In this document: one piece after another, positions 40,778 through 54,830 of the stretch | Numbering within the stretch: the stretch's first letter is position 1 | How the letters are laid out: the number at the start of each line of letters is the position of its first letter | From: Octopus sinensis | Lineage: Eukaryota | Length of the DNA stretch: 64,000 nucleotides | Assembly (NCBI RefSeq): GCF_006345805.1 | Contig: NC_042998.1 | Coordinates: 63,736,001 to 63,800,000 of the forward strand | Direction: 5' to 3' | Made by a program: the position numbers and the translations under genes | Notes under the pieces: generated by a model | What the model saw: the letters and a program-made list of their open reading frames with translations, nothing else | Told to the model about the DNA's origin: nothing | Databases searched by the model: none

Positions 40778-41565
40778 ATATATATGTGTGTGTGGGGTGG
40801 TGTATACACATACAGGTATATTTAATATATCTATCTGTTTATCTATTTATCTGTCTGTCTCTATATATTTATTATATATATATATATATACATATATACA
40901 TGTGCGTGTGTATGTATGTATGTAACTATGTTTGAGCGCGTGAATTTGAAAATAAATCAACAGTAATATCGTTAGCAATGTAGATATATCTTTCTTTACT
41001 CGTGACTGATTTCATAAGATATTGGCTTTCGGCGGAGAAAATTCTCACCGAATATAAGAGGTTCCCCCATAAAATTTCTTTTGCCTATCTTCCTTTCATT
41101 CTTTCTGAATATGAATACATCTAGCTTCTCATTCATCTCCTATTCCTTCTGTCTCTCTGCCATCTTTTCTCTCTTCCGTTTACCAAATTCTGTATTTCTT
41201 TTGTATCATTCGATTTAGAACAGTTCTAAATTATTTTTCTAACTTTAAAAATGATCGTAATAGATTTTGGGAATGGAAAATTGAAATTTAAGCAAGCGTC
41301 ACTTTATTGCAGTTTAGGCTTCCATAAGTATCTTATCAATAGCCATTATAATTGGAAGAGAAATACGTAGCAACACACCTCAATAATGTCAGTTTTGTCA
41401 ATACTAAAACCAATCTGCTCTCAGATCAGATATTCATATCGAATTCTATATATTTGCATAACGGCAACCGGCTTCTCGAATCCAATATTTTCACTTTCCT
41501 TTCAATCATGGTAAGAAAACTTGTATATATACACAGATATACATACATTGATACATATACATAAA

Positions 41566-41638
<73 letters not shown>

Positions 41639-41761
41639 TGTAGGTTTGTGTTTGTATTTGTAAATAATGCATAATATATATGCACACACATGTACATGTA
41701 TTTATATCATATATGCATATGTGTATATGTATAAATATGCATCCATATTATATATAACAGC

Positions 41762-41792
<31 letters not shown>

Positions 41793-42682
41793 ATATTCAT
41801 ATATACAGTTGTGAGTGTATGTGTGTATACATACATGCATACATACATTTATATATATATATATATCACACATATTTGTGTTTCTCAATGTGCCTGACTG
41901 TCACTGTTAGTTTTGTATATATTTAATTCCTCGGGGCTGTTGCGAATATACAATGGCAATATGTGATATCAGAGAATCAATGCTTTTGCTTGTTTGTTGG
42001 CAAAGATTGAATATTTGATCCTTCAGAAATTGCCTTGCAGATCTGCTAATTTTACACACATAACTTAATCTCTTGACACAACACTATGGAAAACAAATGA
42101 TGCCTTATGAAAGAAATATGTACCATTGCAAGCTAATAGCTATTTTATTGAAATCATATGGTTTTTACTGCGTGATTGAAATGCGAAATTTTGTAACGTT
42201 CCGGATTTGGGTTTGAAAACAATTGGGATTGCATTCATTTTCTATGCAGATAAACGAGTGAATTATACTGTAATAGCACGGATGTTATTGACTTACATAA
42301 AGGAACAAAGGTGAGATAGGTAATCATTGAACCATGGAAATTTAACATGATTTCTTTCGAGATATATCTGATGAAAAGTAGAATTGAATGTGAGAGAGGA
42401 TGTAAAATGTGTTATTTTTTTATATTTGCGTATGTAAACATGGTTTTATATACCTACATACAAACATATATCCACACACATACACACGCATATTTTTATA
42501 TGTCAATATCAATGGATATTTGTGAATATATGTATGTTTACACTTTTTCTTTACACACACACGCGTACAGACATACATATATTGAAATATATTTATGTAT
42601 GTGTACACATATGAATGAGTATGTGTGCATGAACGTGTATATATCTATGTCTGTAAATATGGCTCTCTATACGCACACACAC

Positions 42683-42775
<93 letters not shown>

Positions 42776-43169
42776 GATATAGGAGTGTTTATGTATATGT
42801 ATAATGTATAGGATAATACATTGACAACATTCGGAGAAACAGTAAACATCCCCGTTAAATGCCTGACAGAATTTCTCTACATATCTTATTTCGCCTTCAC
42901 ATTAAATGTATTCACGAATATATATACGTATTTACGTTCATATCGATATAAGCATAAGAAAATATGCAAGATACAACATAACTATGACTAAGGATATGTC
43001 ATACTTTAATGTGCGCATGTGCGTTTTGCTAAATTTGTTTCACCATCCTCAACAAGAGATACTCTTTATAGATCTTTTGATTACAATTTCGAGTCAAACA
43101 ATTTTCTCATTCACTTCCCATAATCTCTTTTCTATATATACGTAATTTCACCGTGTGAGGCAGCAGCTG

Positions 43170-43435
43170 TATCTTTGTATCCATTTCAGTTATTAAACTG
43201 CAACCATGCTGGGTCCCTGCCATGAAGAACATTTGGTGAAAGGAATCGGACCCAGTAATTACTTGCTTAAAACCTAGTATTCATCCAGATGCTGACATGA
43301 GTTACTTCCCTCTTTTTTTAACACTTTTCTGCTTGTCACCTTGTCGAACCGCTAATTTACAGGGACGTAAATACATGAACCGGTTGAGAAGCGCTGATGA
43401 GACAGAAACACAGATACAAAGACACACGTACACAT

Positions 43436-43473
<38 letters not shown>

Positions 43474-44225
43474 GCATGCATACGTGCGCGCTCACATATA
43501 TACGACAAGCTTCTTTAAATTTCTATCTACACGTCTACTCACAAAGCTTTGGTCGGTCGGGGGTGTCACGTAGTGAGACTGAACCCAGAACCATGCAGTT
43601 GGCAAACAAGGAAGCCTCTTACCACAATGCTACATCTACGCCTATTGTTTGTGAATTTACATGAATTTAGTTAGATATTTCTTTGAATGTCAATCTTTCA
43701 AAGTCGCAGTGTTACAAGCTTATCCTTTATCTTGTAACAAATTCGAAAGTCGTAAAAGCCAAAATACGGCTAACGTCCTTAAAGTGGGGACAACGTGTAT
43801 CACCGCTGGTATGAAGTGAAAATATTTGAGGCCTTTATCTTGTTTATTCCTTGTTCACTTACTTTAGCCATTCAACTTCGACCATGCTGGAGCAGTGTTT
43901 GGGAACTTTTTTAGTTGAATGGATCGCCCCCTGTACGTATTTTTCTAAAGCTTGATCATTACTCTATTCATCACTTTTGCACAACCACTTTGTTACAGGA
44001 ACATAAACACACCAACACCGGTTGTCAAGTGATGATGGGTGACAAACACAGAAACACGCACGCACACATATACACACGCACTCACACATTTATAGGACGG
44101 GTTTATTTAGTTTTCGTCTACGCAATCCATTCAAGGGCTTTGGTTGGCCCGAGGCTATACTAGAAGACAGTTGCACAAGGTGCCACCCAATGGGCCTGAG
44201 CCTGAACCATGTCATTGGGAAGCCA
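43170..44225 (-). mobile_element. Two degenerate family A SINEs (~43170-43640 and ~43840-44225)
   Basis: gaccatgctggagca, caccggttgtcaagtgatg, ggctttggttggcccgaggctatactagaagac. Confidence 0.65.
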
Positions 44226-44636
44226 CGTGACTATAAAGCGAATATTTTACTAGTAAATGCACTTAACGAAGCATTTTAAAATCACAGACTTCAAACAATC
44301 TTTTGTGTATGTGTGTGTGTGGTATTTTTAACTCACCATTGATGCACTATTTATGTAGGCAAACAATTAAATATTAGAGGATTGCTGTTTGTAACAGAGC
44401 AGTGTGTGGGGATTGGTGTGCTGTCGTATTCTGACCTTGTTTATTAATCTTATAACAATCAGAACATGCTAAATTATGATCGAATTTTAGGAGTGGAATA
44501 TGAAAGTTTGAAAGTAGTTTCATAATAGATCCAGTAGTTTTATGATTTCAGGAGATATTTTTCTTATTAAAGATATTTTTCACCTAATAGTGCTGTGAAT
44601 GGGTTATTGAACAAATGTGCTTACCACGTAATGCTT

Positions 44637-45275
44637 TCTTCTTCTTCTTCTTCTTCTTCTTCTTCTTCTTCTTCTTCTTCTTTTTCTTCTTCTTCTTCTT
44701 CTTCTTCTTCTTTCTTCTTCTTCTTCTTTCTTCTTCTCTCCTTCTTCTTCTTCTTCTCCTTCTTTTTCTTCTTTCTTCTTCTTTTTTTTTCTTCTTCTTC
44801 TTCTTCTTTTCTTCTTTTTCTTCTTTTTCTATTCTTCCCCTCTTTTTCTTCTTTCTTTTCTTTTTCTTCTTCTTCTTTCTTTTCCTTTTCTTCTTTTTCT
44901 TCTTCTTCTTCTTCTTCTTCTCTTCTTCTTTTTCTTCTTCTTTTTTTTTTTCTTCCTCTTCTTCTTCTTCTTCTTCTCTTTCTTTCCTTCTTCTTCTTTT
45001 TCTTCCTTTCTCCTTCTTCTTCTTCTTCTTCTTCCTCTTCTCCTTTTTCTTCTAGTTCTTCATCATCACCATCATCATCTTCTTCTTCTTCTTCTTCTCC
45101 TTCTTCTTCTTCTTCTTCTTCTTTCTTCTTCTTCTTCTTTCTTCTTCTTCTTCTTTTTCTTCTAGTTCTTCATCATCCATCATCATCATCATCATCATCT
45201 TCTTCTTCTTCTTCTTCTTCTTCACCTTCTTCTTCTTCATCTTCTTCCTCTTCTTCTTCTTATCCTTCTTCTTCT
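44637..45275. repeat. ~640 bp (CTT)n-rich polypyrimidine tract with CAT inserts
   Basis: Direct reading. Confidence 0.95.
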
Positions 45276-45414
45276 ACTTCTGTGTTTCCTCGGGTGTAAG
45301 CAAGTAAGCAATAGGTGCTGCAGTTTAGAATATTTTATCCATGAAATGATTCCAAACAAAAGTTTAAATGCAATACTGGCGTACGTTGCAGAAAAGATAT
45401 TCAGCAAACAGAGG

Positions 45415-45628
45415 ATGACGGCACGGCTGTGTGGTAGGAAGTCTAAATCCCAACCGCAAGCTTTCGGGTTCAATCCCACGGCAGGGCACATTAGACAATT
45501 CTGTTCCTTCAGCTATAGCCCCGGAACAACCAATGACTTGTGAATGGAATTAGGAGACGTAAAATGAAAGAAACCCATTCTGTGTGTATATATATGTATA
45601 TACACACACATTATATATATATATATAT

Positions 45629-45664
<36 letters not shown>

Positions 45665-45915
45665 AATATATATATATATAGTATAGATAGATATATGTGT
45701 GGGGGTTGTATCTGTGGTGTGGATTTCTGTTTGTTCCCACCGCCTCTTCACAAGCGGTATTGGCTTCTTTATGTCACTCAAATGTAGCTGGTCAATAAAT
45801 TAGAGCCGATATGTTTCTTTTTACAAATAATTATGCTGAGTTGATTTCTTTCGCTAAACGCCTCAAGTTGGTACTCCACTATGGCGGCAGTACAACTACA
45901 GAAACAACTGCAGGA
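45415..45915 (+). mobile_element. Degenerate family A SINE
   Basis: cggctgtgtggtaggaag..ggttcaatcccac..ctatagccccgg..tggtactccactatggcggcag. Confidence 0.6.
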
Positions 45916-46273
45916 AAACAAATAAAAGAAAACGAAGGAAGTATGGCTGCCAATGGTGGCGTTGCAATTAAATGTGTTCCGTATGTGGAATCAGTGGCGA
46001 ACTGGATCTAAACATATCGGTTGCCAGGAGAGTAAGGTGTCCACCCTCAACTGAAAGGGTGCCCAGTCACAACTAATATACTATCATTTAATTGTTTTTT
46101 TTGTTAAAAATAATATGAGATAATGTGTATGATATAATATTATATAGTATGATATATATAAATATAAATATAATATATATATATTAATATATGTATATAT
46201 ATATATACGTATATATATATATATATATATTATATATTTAATATATTATATATATATATATATGGGGGGGGGG

Positions 46274-46392
46274 GGTTACGGCCATATTAGGTTGAAAGCA
46301 ACGGTTCTCGTCCGATCACCGAAGTTAATCAACATCGAGCCTTGTTAGTACTTAGATGGGTGACGTCTTAGGACACTTAGGTGCTGTATGCA
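46274..46392 (+). pseudogene. Full-length (119 nt) diverged 5S rRNA copy
   Basis: ttacggccata..ggttctcgtccgatcaccgaagttaa..gttagtacttagatgggtgac..ggtgctgta; solitary, with substitutions relative to the metazoan consensus. Confidence 0.9.
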
Positions 46393-47612
46393 TTAAAAAA
46401 AATTAACGGCGAGGCTCCATCATGGCCGTTATCACATGACTGAAACAAATAAAAGAATAAATATAATATATATATACATAAGCACTCATGTGTATATATA
46501 TATGATTATGCACGTATATGCGCATGTGTGAGTGTGCGTATTCGGCTCTCCGTGTATCTAAAATAGCCCGTGTATATGTATATAAATATTTGTAGAGAAG
46601 GGAACGAACTTTTGAGCAATTCACTTGCTTGTAAATGAGGTAATGTATGTAACGATTTTTAATATTTTTAATGCAACATCTTTCAATGCTTACCACCTAA
46701 TATATTTTATATAATAACCCAGCATATTCCTCAAGCAGCGTACATTAACATATATGGATACGAAAAGTATTACCTTCAAGTTCGTTCAAATTTTCGATTT
46801 CTAACACAAAAGTGGAATAGAAATAACGATTTCATATGACCTTTTGTGATTAAGAGTAGTCATGTTGTTGACGCTTAATGGATTCTATGAATGGAATGAA
46901 TATTTCGAATCCGTTGAAGTATTCAGACACGGATATCAAAAATAAAATGTATTGGCATTTCGAATTAAATTATCAAATGTTAGTTTGTTGTTGCCACAAT
47001 TCTAAAACAGGAAAATAATGAATTTAAAACCCTCCACGAATTGATTATTTCGTTAATACTAATGTTCATGCAAATCCTAACTTCCACTTGGTAAAATTCT
47101 GCCAATCATACAAATTATTGCACTGTTTAGTATTCAGGGTTTGAAGAATATATCAATGACATCAATCAGAATTAAGTATACCTTAAGAAACAAGCAGCAT
47201 ATATACCCATATTTGCAAATGCATTTTGAGAACTTTGCCGATATTTACTAAGACTGTATTACAAACCTTCTAGAACATGACATGTTTCATGTTTAGAGAT
47301 ATCTGGTTGAAATCTATATTGAAATCCTTTGTTGATAAAGCGGATTCTACCAGTTTTAAATGTGTTCATCTTTTACTACTTACAATCATTTCAAGAAATG
47401 CTAGTCTGTAGCACAGCTTTGAGGAGTTGTTGTCGAACAGACCTACTACAGTATTGTGTTTTTAAAGTCCAGTACTTATTCTGCAGACTTTTCTCAATGC
47501 ACTGTTAGGTGGAAGAGACGTAGACAAATCAACGTCGGCAGCCAAACGGTGGAGGTACGAAAAATACTTAGGTACAGTGACATACACACACATGTGCGGT
47601 GCATATATATAT

Positions 47613-47649
<37 letters not shown>

Positions 47650-48373
47650 TATACACACATACATATGCATACAAAGATATGTATGTACCTAACTACCTAC
47701 CTAACCTACCTACCTACCTCTACATCTATCTATCTATCTATCTATTTTTTGTTGTTTATGGCGAAAGAATGTATCTGGTGGACGCATCTGAAATGATTGG
47801 AGACAAACACTTTCCTCCCTGGTCAATCTCTAATCAAATTCTTCAAGTATCACTTGAAAAGGAAAGTGAGAGTAGACAGGTAAGTTTTGTCTAGCGAATG
47901 TTTAAAAAAAAAAGATGGGTGAATATAGCAAGGATCGCACGTATGAATGACGATGCCACCTTGAGCATAATCCTATGAATCCGGAAAAATTTAAAACAGA
48001 GTTACTTACTTGGAAACAAATGTGTTAACATGTGACATTACATACCGAGGTTACCGTGGTCTTTTCCGTAGGCTTTTTCTTTCCACGGATAAACCTTATC
48101 TGCTTCCCCCTTTACACTTTACATCATGACATTTCTGTGATACATGATGCCTATTGATGGTCTTTTTGTTTCCCTTTTACGATCCCTTTTGATCGAAAAC
48201 CTACCCCATTTTTTTTTCTCCCCAAAAAGAAAATCTCTACTTTATAATCTGTCCTGTATGTGTGCAGCCCTGTGTGGCTAATAAAGAAACATATCTATTT
48301 ATATCTATAAAATTATAATTTAGGGTATCTAAGAGATACCTCCACGCCGTAAAATATCAGTCAAAACTTGAAT

Positions 48374-48473
48374 NNNNNNNNNNNNNNNNNNNNNNNNNNN
48401 NNNNNNNNNNNNNNNNNNNNNNNNNNNNNNNNNNNNNNNNNNNNNNNNNNNNNNNNNNNNNNNNNNNNNNNNN
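48374..48473. other. Assembly gap (100 N)
   Basis: Direct reading. Confidence 1.
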
Positions 48474-48537
48474 TTATTATTTTTGTTGAATAAAATTTGT
48501 TGAAAAAAGCTGCAATAATTATGCACCAAACCAATAA
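48474..48537 (+). mobile_element. Mariner right-end/TIR remnant at the gap edge
   Basis: gcaataattatgcaccaaaccaata resembles a cecropia-type TIR (gcaattacttttgcaccaacctaata). Confidence 0.5.
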
Positions 48538-49179
48538 TTTTCTAATATAAGATTAATATATACAAATGCCCTAATGTATTTATCTTAAGTATATAACTAT
48601 ATTGATAAATGAATAAAAGTTATACATTATTTTAGTTTATCTTCAATAATTATAATCATTTAAATTAAATTTAATAATATACAAATAACTTTATAGTAGA
48701 CCCTATAGTAATTAAAAAACATTTCTATTGTCTTATGCATTTCTGGTTCTTCTCTTGTTTTCGAAAATATGAATGCATAAAATTATATGTATATTGATTT
48801 ACAGCAGTATATTTTCCTCTGGAAAACTAAGTAGAATTTTGTTATTTATTTATTTATTACTTTTTATGTAATTATTAGTATAAATAAGAGATTAATACGT
48901 ACATAAACAATGACTATAACATTAACGCATATTATAACAATTCTTAATCATAATTATATATGTTTAAAATACATTTTAAACATATATAATTATACGAATA
49001 TTCATCGTAGACCCTATGATACTTAGTCAATTGCTATTGTAAAATTAAATATCTCCTGTTCTTCTAGTCTTTCGAAAGTATGAATCCATAAAAAATTATA
49101 AACATACAGATACGCAGTACGTTATGTTCCGCAGAAAACTAACTGACATTTTGATCATTTATTTGTTTATTTATATTTG

Positions 49180-49753
49180 TATTTTTTAGTTTCAGCTCAG
49201 AGATGTGGCCATGCTGGGGCACCGCCGTATTGCTACACAGATATTACTGAGAGATTCTTCTAATATGTGGCATTTAGAGAATAATGGAGTTTGATGTCAC
49301 TACCCTCATTTGCACCTCTTGCCGAGAGGTAGGTTGATCTGGGACTCTCAACAGGAAGAGGTCCAATTTCGCTTTGAAAACATATACATCCACTTTGTGT
49401 AGGTCTCTCAGGCTCTTTGGGAAAACCCAGGCTGTTGCAGTAACAAGCCCTGAACCGCGATGGCATTGCTGGCATATTTGGCACTGAGCAGTGTTGACCC
49501 GTTCTGGCATTGGTGTAGCTTTCAATGCCAAAATTTGGCAGAATTTCTTCCAGGATCTTCCAGATGTATTTTTCTGCACCCCTCCCCCCTGCCTTCGCTC
49601 CAAGTAGTAGAGTCTTAGCTGTTTCAGCCTTTCCCAGTAGCCGCGCTGTTGCAATGAGACTATCATCGTGTGAGGTTCGCTGTATTGCTTCAGGGTCCGC
49701 TGTTAATTTTACACTTTTGGGTGACCATAGCTGGGAGTAGTATTCCAAACGTC
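49180..49753 (-). mobile_element. CR1-group LINE 3' fragment
   Basis: EYYSQLWSP, YWERLKQL..LERR, IWKILE..PNFGI; tail ggcggtgccccagcatggcc; possible TSD ttgtttatttat. Confidence 0.85.
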
Positions 49754-50744
49754 TTGTTTATTTATTTTATGTACAAATGACTAATCGTAATTTGTATACA
49801 ATTGTTTAATATTGGTGTATTTAGATTTTCAAAAAACTTTTTAATATTTAAATATTTCAAAGTTGCATTTTTTATTGACTTCAGTAAATTTCTATTTTAG
49901 TATAGAGATATACTTGCATAGCAAGTGACCTGATCTGAGCTAGTGTGCTGAAACAAAAACAACCGCATCGTGTAAGTTGTTTATAAGCCATTTCAAAACA
50001 CACAAGAACTGTTAGATTCACTTCAACTTTTAAATTTAATTTGCCAAAATATTTTCCTCGCTTTGAGACCGTAACCTGTTCACTCAAAGAGACGGAAATA
50101 TTTTCGCAAATTAAATTTAAATGTTGAAGTGAATCTAATGCTTTTTGTCTCTTTTTAAATGGTTTACAAACACCTTCCACGCTGCAATTGTGTTTATTAT
50201 AATATAATTATGTTATTATGATAATGTGTATTTACGGTTTTTAATTTTGAGAATGTTATTTTCTTAAATAAACGACGTAATTTTTAATTTTGATTGAATT
50301 TTAGTAATGGATGTGATTTAAAATATTATTTAGTATAGGCCAAGTGAGGATAAAGTATTTGAATAAATTTTTCTCTACTCTTTAGCCATGACAAATCGAA
50401 GGTTGTTTTTGTTTTACAGTACTAGTGAGAATAAAATTTCTTTTTAATAAATTGTCTGAATAACATGTATTTTTCCTTATAGTATGAAAGAATAAAAGGA
50501 GATATTTCCTATTTCGAAATAAATTCTTAGCATATTGTTATTATCAGATTTAAACTAATGCTCAGAAATATATTTATTCACAAAAGCACACAAACATATT
50601 TATGACTATTATTCTATTTTGTTTTTTTTTCTTTTCCCACCTTTAACCATCCAAAGCGGAGTATAGGCCACGTATGATTTAATTCCATGTCGCATAAGTT
50701 TTCGCTTCTGTATTTATACTCTGCGATGAATGTGCCCCTGTACT

Positions 50745-51250
<506 letters not shown>

Positions 51251-51254
51251 CTCT

Positions 51255-51965
51255 AGTTGCTTTTGTGTTGATCTACGCCACGAGTTCTTAGGCCTACCTT
51301 TCTTTCTATATCCATCCAGATTCCACTGTAAAGCACTTTTTGATACATCTGGTGTTTCGTTTCTAATTGAGCTACCAATCCAATTCCACTTTATCTTAAA
51401 TATTTGCTTCCTAATCGAAACTTGATATGTTCTTTGCCATTGCTCCATATTGCTTATGTGTTGAGGCCATCTAATTTTAAGCGTACTACGCAAGCATCTG
51501 TTGATGAATGATTGTATTTGCTTATTTGACTTAAATGTTGTTCGCCATATCTCAGCCCCATACAATAACATCTCTTTTATTTTAGTGTTAAAAATTCTTA
51601 TTTTGTTCTAAATTGAAATTACACTTGCACTCCATACTTTTTTTAACAGGTGAAAAGCGGTCCTTGCCTTGCATATTCTTGTATTAATGTCTTCGCCGGT
51701 ACCGCCTGAAAACGTTATCTTACTACCTAAATACGTAGACTCGGCTACATCCTCTAGTTCACCGGTTTCTAGGTTAATACGTTCACTGTTTTCTCCATTA
51801 ACGCTCATAAATTCTGATTTGTCGCGGTTGACTTTCAATCCTAGTTTGGCAGCTATTGCTTCTAATTTTGACGTTTTATTTGGCTATGTTTGTGAAAGTA
51901 GCGCTATATCATCTGCAAAGTTGAGATCTTCTAGAGCTTCTGCATCCGTCCATTCAATGCCTGTT
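51255..51965 (-). mobile_element. RTE-clade LINE fragment
   Basis: LEDLNFADDIALL, STYLGS, RICKARTAF, LLYGAEIW, WNWIG, RKKGRPKNSWRR. Confidence 0.85.
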
Positions 51966-52600
51966 TGGATTCATGATGGTCCTCTGGCGGACATTCATCC
52001 TCAGTCGCCTGGATTACTGCTCACAGCTATGGTCATCCACCAGTGTAAAATTAACAGCAGACCTTGAAGCAATCTAGAGAAGATTCACAAAGAAGATCGT
52101 CTCTTTGCAACAGCTCAGCTACTGGAAAAGGTTGAAACAGCTAAAACTCTTCTCCCTGGAGAGAAGACGGGAGAGATATGCAGTAATATATGTCTGGAAG
52201 ATCCTGGAAGGAATTGTGCCAAATTTTGGCATTGTAAGCTACACCAATGCTAGAACGGGACGACACTGCATAGTGCCAAAGATCCCAGCAATACCATCAC
52301 GCTTCAGGACCAGCTTCTGCAACAGCCTGGGTTTCAAGGGCCCACAGCTTTTTAATATTCTCCCAAAGAGTCTGAGGAACGTGCACAAAGTAGATGTAGC
52401 GGTTTTTAAATCAAGCTGGACATCTTCCTGTCAAGAGTCCCAGATGAACCTACCTCACGGCAAGAGGTGCAATGAGAGTAGCTGTATCAAACTCCATTCT
52501 CACCAAGTGCCATATATTAGACGAGGTTCGACGCAATAACAGTGTAGCACAAAACGGCGGTGCATCAGCATGGCCGCAGCTCTGAGCTGAAACTAGAAAA

Positions 52601-52605
<5 letters not shown>
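51966..52605 (+). mobile_element. CR1-group LINE 3' fragment
   Basis: LDYCSQLWS, SYWKRLKQLKLFSLERRRERY..PNFGI; same family as 11976; tail ggcggtgcatcagcatggccgc. Confidence 0.9.
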
Positions 52606-52631
<26 letters not shown>

Positions 52632-52633
52632 AA

Positions 52634-54192
52634 TATCACTTTGATCACTTTGACCGACCAGTCTGTCAGGCGTCCATTTGACACCGCTGGTAACAGCACG
52701 CTGTCCACTCCTCTCTGGATCGCGCCTTTCTCATCCACGTGATCCCCATCGTCCTCTTGAAATCATAACTCCACCGTCGTGGAGGTCTTCCGGGTGGTCT
52801 TTTCCGCTCACGCGGGTTCCACTCGACAACTGCGTGCGTCCACTGATTATCGGTGAGTCGGGCGACGTGTCCAGCCCATCTATACCTGCTGCGTGTATAC
52901 TCTGCGATGACATCTCTCACGCCGGACTTCTTTCTGATGATCTTGCTACTGATGTGCTCTCTCAACGAGATACCAAGCATTGACCTTTCCATGGCTCTTT
53001 GAGCCGTTACCAGTCTTTGCTCTTCTCTCTTTGTGGTAGCCCATGTTTCACTACCATATAACATTGCAGGCAGAACTGCCCTGTTAATGAGGCTGGCGCG
53101 GGTGGTCCTGTCCAACCTTCCCTTGAGCACATCCCTTATGCCATTGAATGCCTCCCATCCGGCCCTTACTCTCCGTGAGATCTCCTTTTTGATACCCCGG
53201 CACATATTTACTTCCTGCCCCAGGTAGACATATTATCTCACCTCCTCTATTTCATCACTGCCGATCACCATTCGACCTGTTGTTACATTGTCTGACCGCA
53301 TGAACTATATTTTCATGCGGTTCATCTTGAGACCTACTGCAGAACTTTTGATGTCGAGTTCCGTCAGCATGGTCTGAAGCTGATCCATGTTTTCAGCAAT
53401 GAGTACGATGTCGTCAGCGAAACGGAGGTGAGTGAGGAGCTCGCCATTGATGTTGACACCTTGCCATTCGATGCTTCTGATGATCTGTTCGAGACATGCA
53501 GTGAAAAGTTTTGGGGAGATTTATCTCCTTGCTTCACTCCCTTCTCGACCAGCACTCGTATGGGTGATGACAGTAGAGCTATGTCGGTGGTGTATCCGGA
53601 ATTTGCCTCGCTGAGCAGCTGCATATATTACGCTTCGATTCCTTGCCTCTGCAGCGAGTTCAGAACTGCGTTGGTTTCGACGCTATCGAAGGCCTCATTT
53701 GCTCGCTCAAGCAGTTGTGTTAGAGTAAATATATGGTCCATTGTGCTGTAGTTCTTCCGGAAGCCTGCTTGTTCCCTCGGTTGTTGTTCGTCGAGACGAC
53801 GTGACAACCTGTTCAGAATTATCTTCGTGAACAGCTTGTACACGTGAGACAGCAGGCATATGGGTCCGTAGTTCTTTAGATCTTCTCTGTCGCGCTTCTT
53901 ATACAGCAGGATGGTATTTGACTCTTTCCACTGCGAGGGAATTCTTCCCTCGTCTAGATAGTGCGTAAGTCGCTCAGCGAGGATTTTCCAGAGCTGCTCT
54001 CTGCCTGACTTTAGCACCTCCGATGTTATACCGTCTTTCCCTGGAGCCTTTCCGTTTTTCATCGAGCCGATGACTCTTTCAACCTCACTGGTAAGTATAG
54101 GTGGCACGCTTTCTTCCTGTTGGAGTGGTGGTAACGGCTGGACATTTATGGTAGACTTAAAGAGCTTGGTGTAGAAGTCTTCACAAACTTTT

Positions 54193-54197
<5 letters not shown>
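52634..54197 (-). mobile_element. RTE-clade LINE, RT domain and 3' end, frameshifted
   Basis: GKAPGKDGI, PICLLSHVYKLF, EQAGFR, GVKQGD, LRFADDIV, YGSETW, WAGHVAR, RPPGRPPRRW; tail (TCAAAGTGA)2; TA flanks. Confidence 0.93.
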
Positions 54198-54234
<37 letters not shown>

Positions 54235-54715
54235 TAATGATATTCTCTGATTTGAAGTGACAATTTTTTAAATATAAACAAATGACTGAAAGATGGCCAG
54301 CTCACCTCAATCGAACTTACAAATCGATGCTTAAATGGCCCGTTGCGAATCTGAATGGCGAAAGGCTCATCCATCAATTTCAGTTAAATTTAGTTAATAT
54401 ATACTTAAACGGTCTTACTACTACATAAATAAGATTTTTATGAACAAACCCGAAAGGCTTTGCAAGTTACACAGGGAAAGCTACTAAGGGGGATTCATAG
54501 TATAATAACTGTGTAATATATATAATAACGTTTATTCCCCGATTTGAAGCGACGATGTTTAAATATAATCATTTTGGAGAATAAATATCATTATGATATA
54601 TATTATACCGTTATTATACAGTTAATACACTATGAATTTTCCATAGTTGCTTTCTCTCCGTAACCTGCAAATCTTGCAAAGGGTCCCTTTATAAAAAATA
54701 TTAGTTATATGTATG

Positions 54716-54780
<65 letters not shown>

Positions 54781-54795
54781 ACCACACACACACAC

Positions 54796-54830
<35 letters not shown>

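Noticed and set aside
47960-48290. Possible LTR or pLTR ending in aataaa
   Set aside because: No partner repeat, TSD or diagnostic motif in the window
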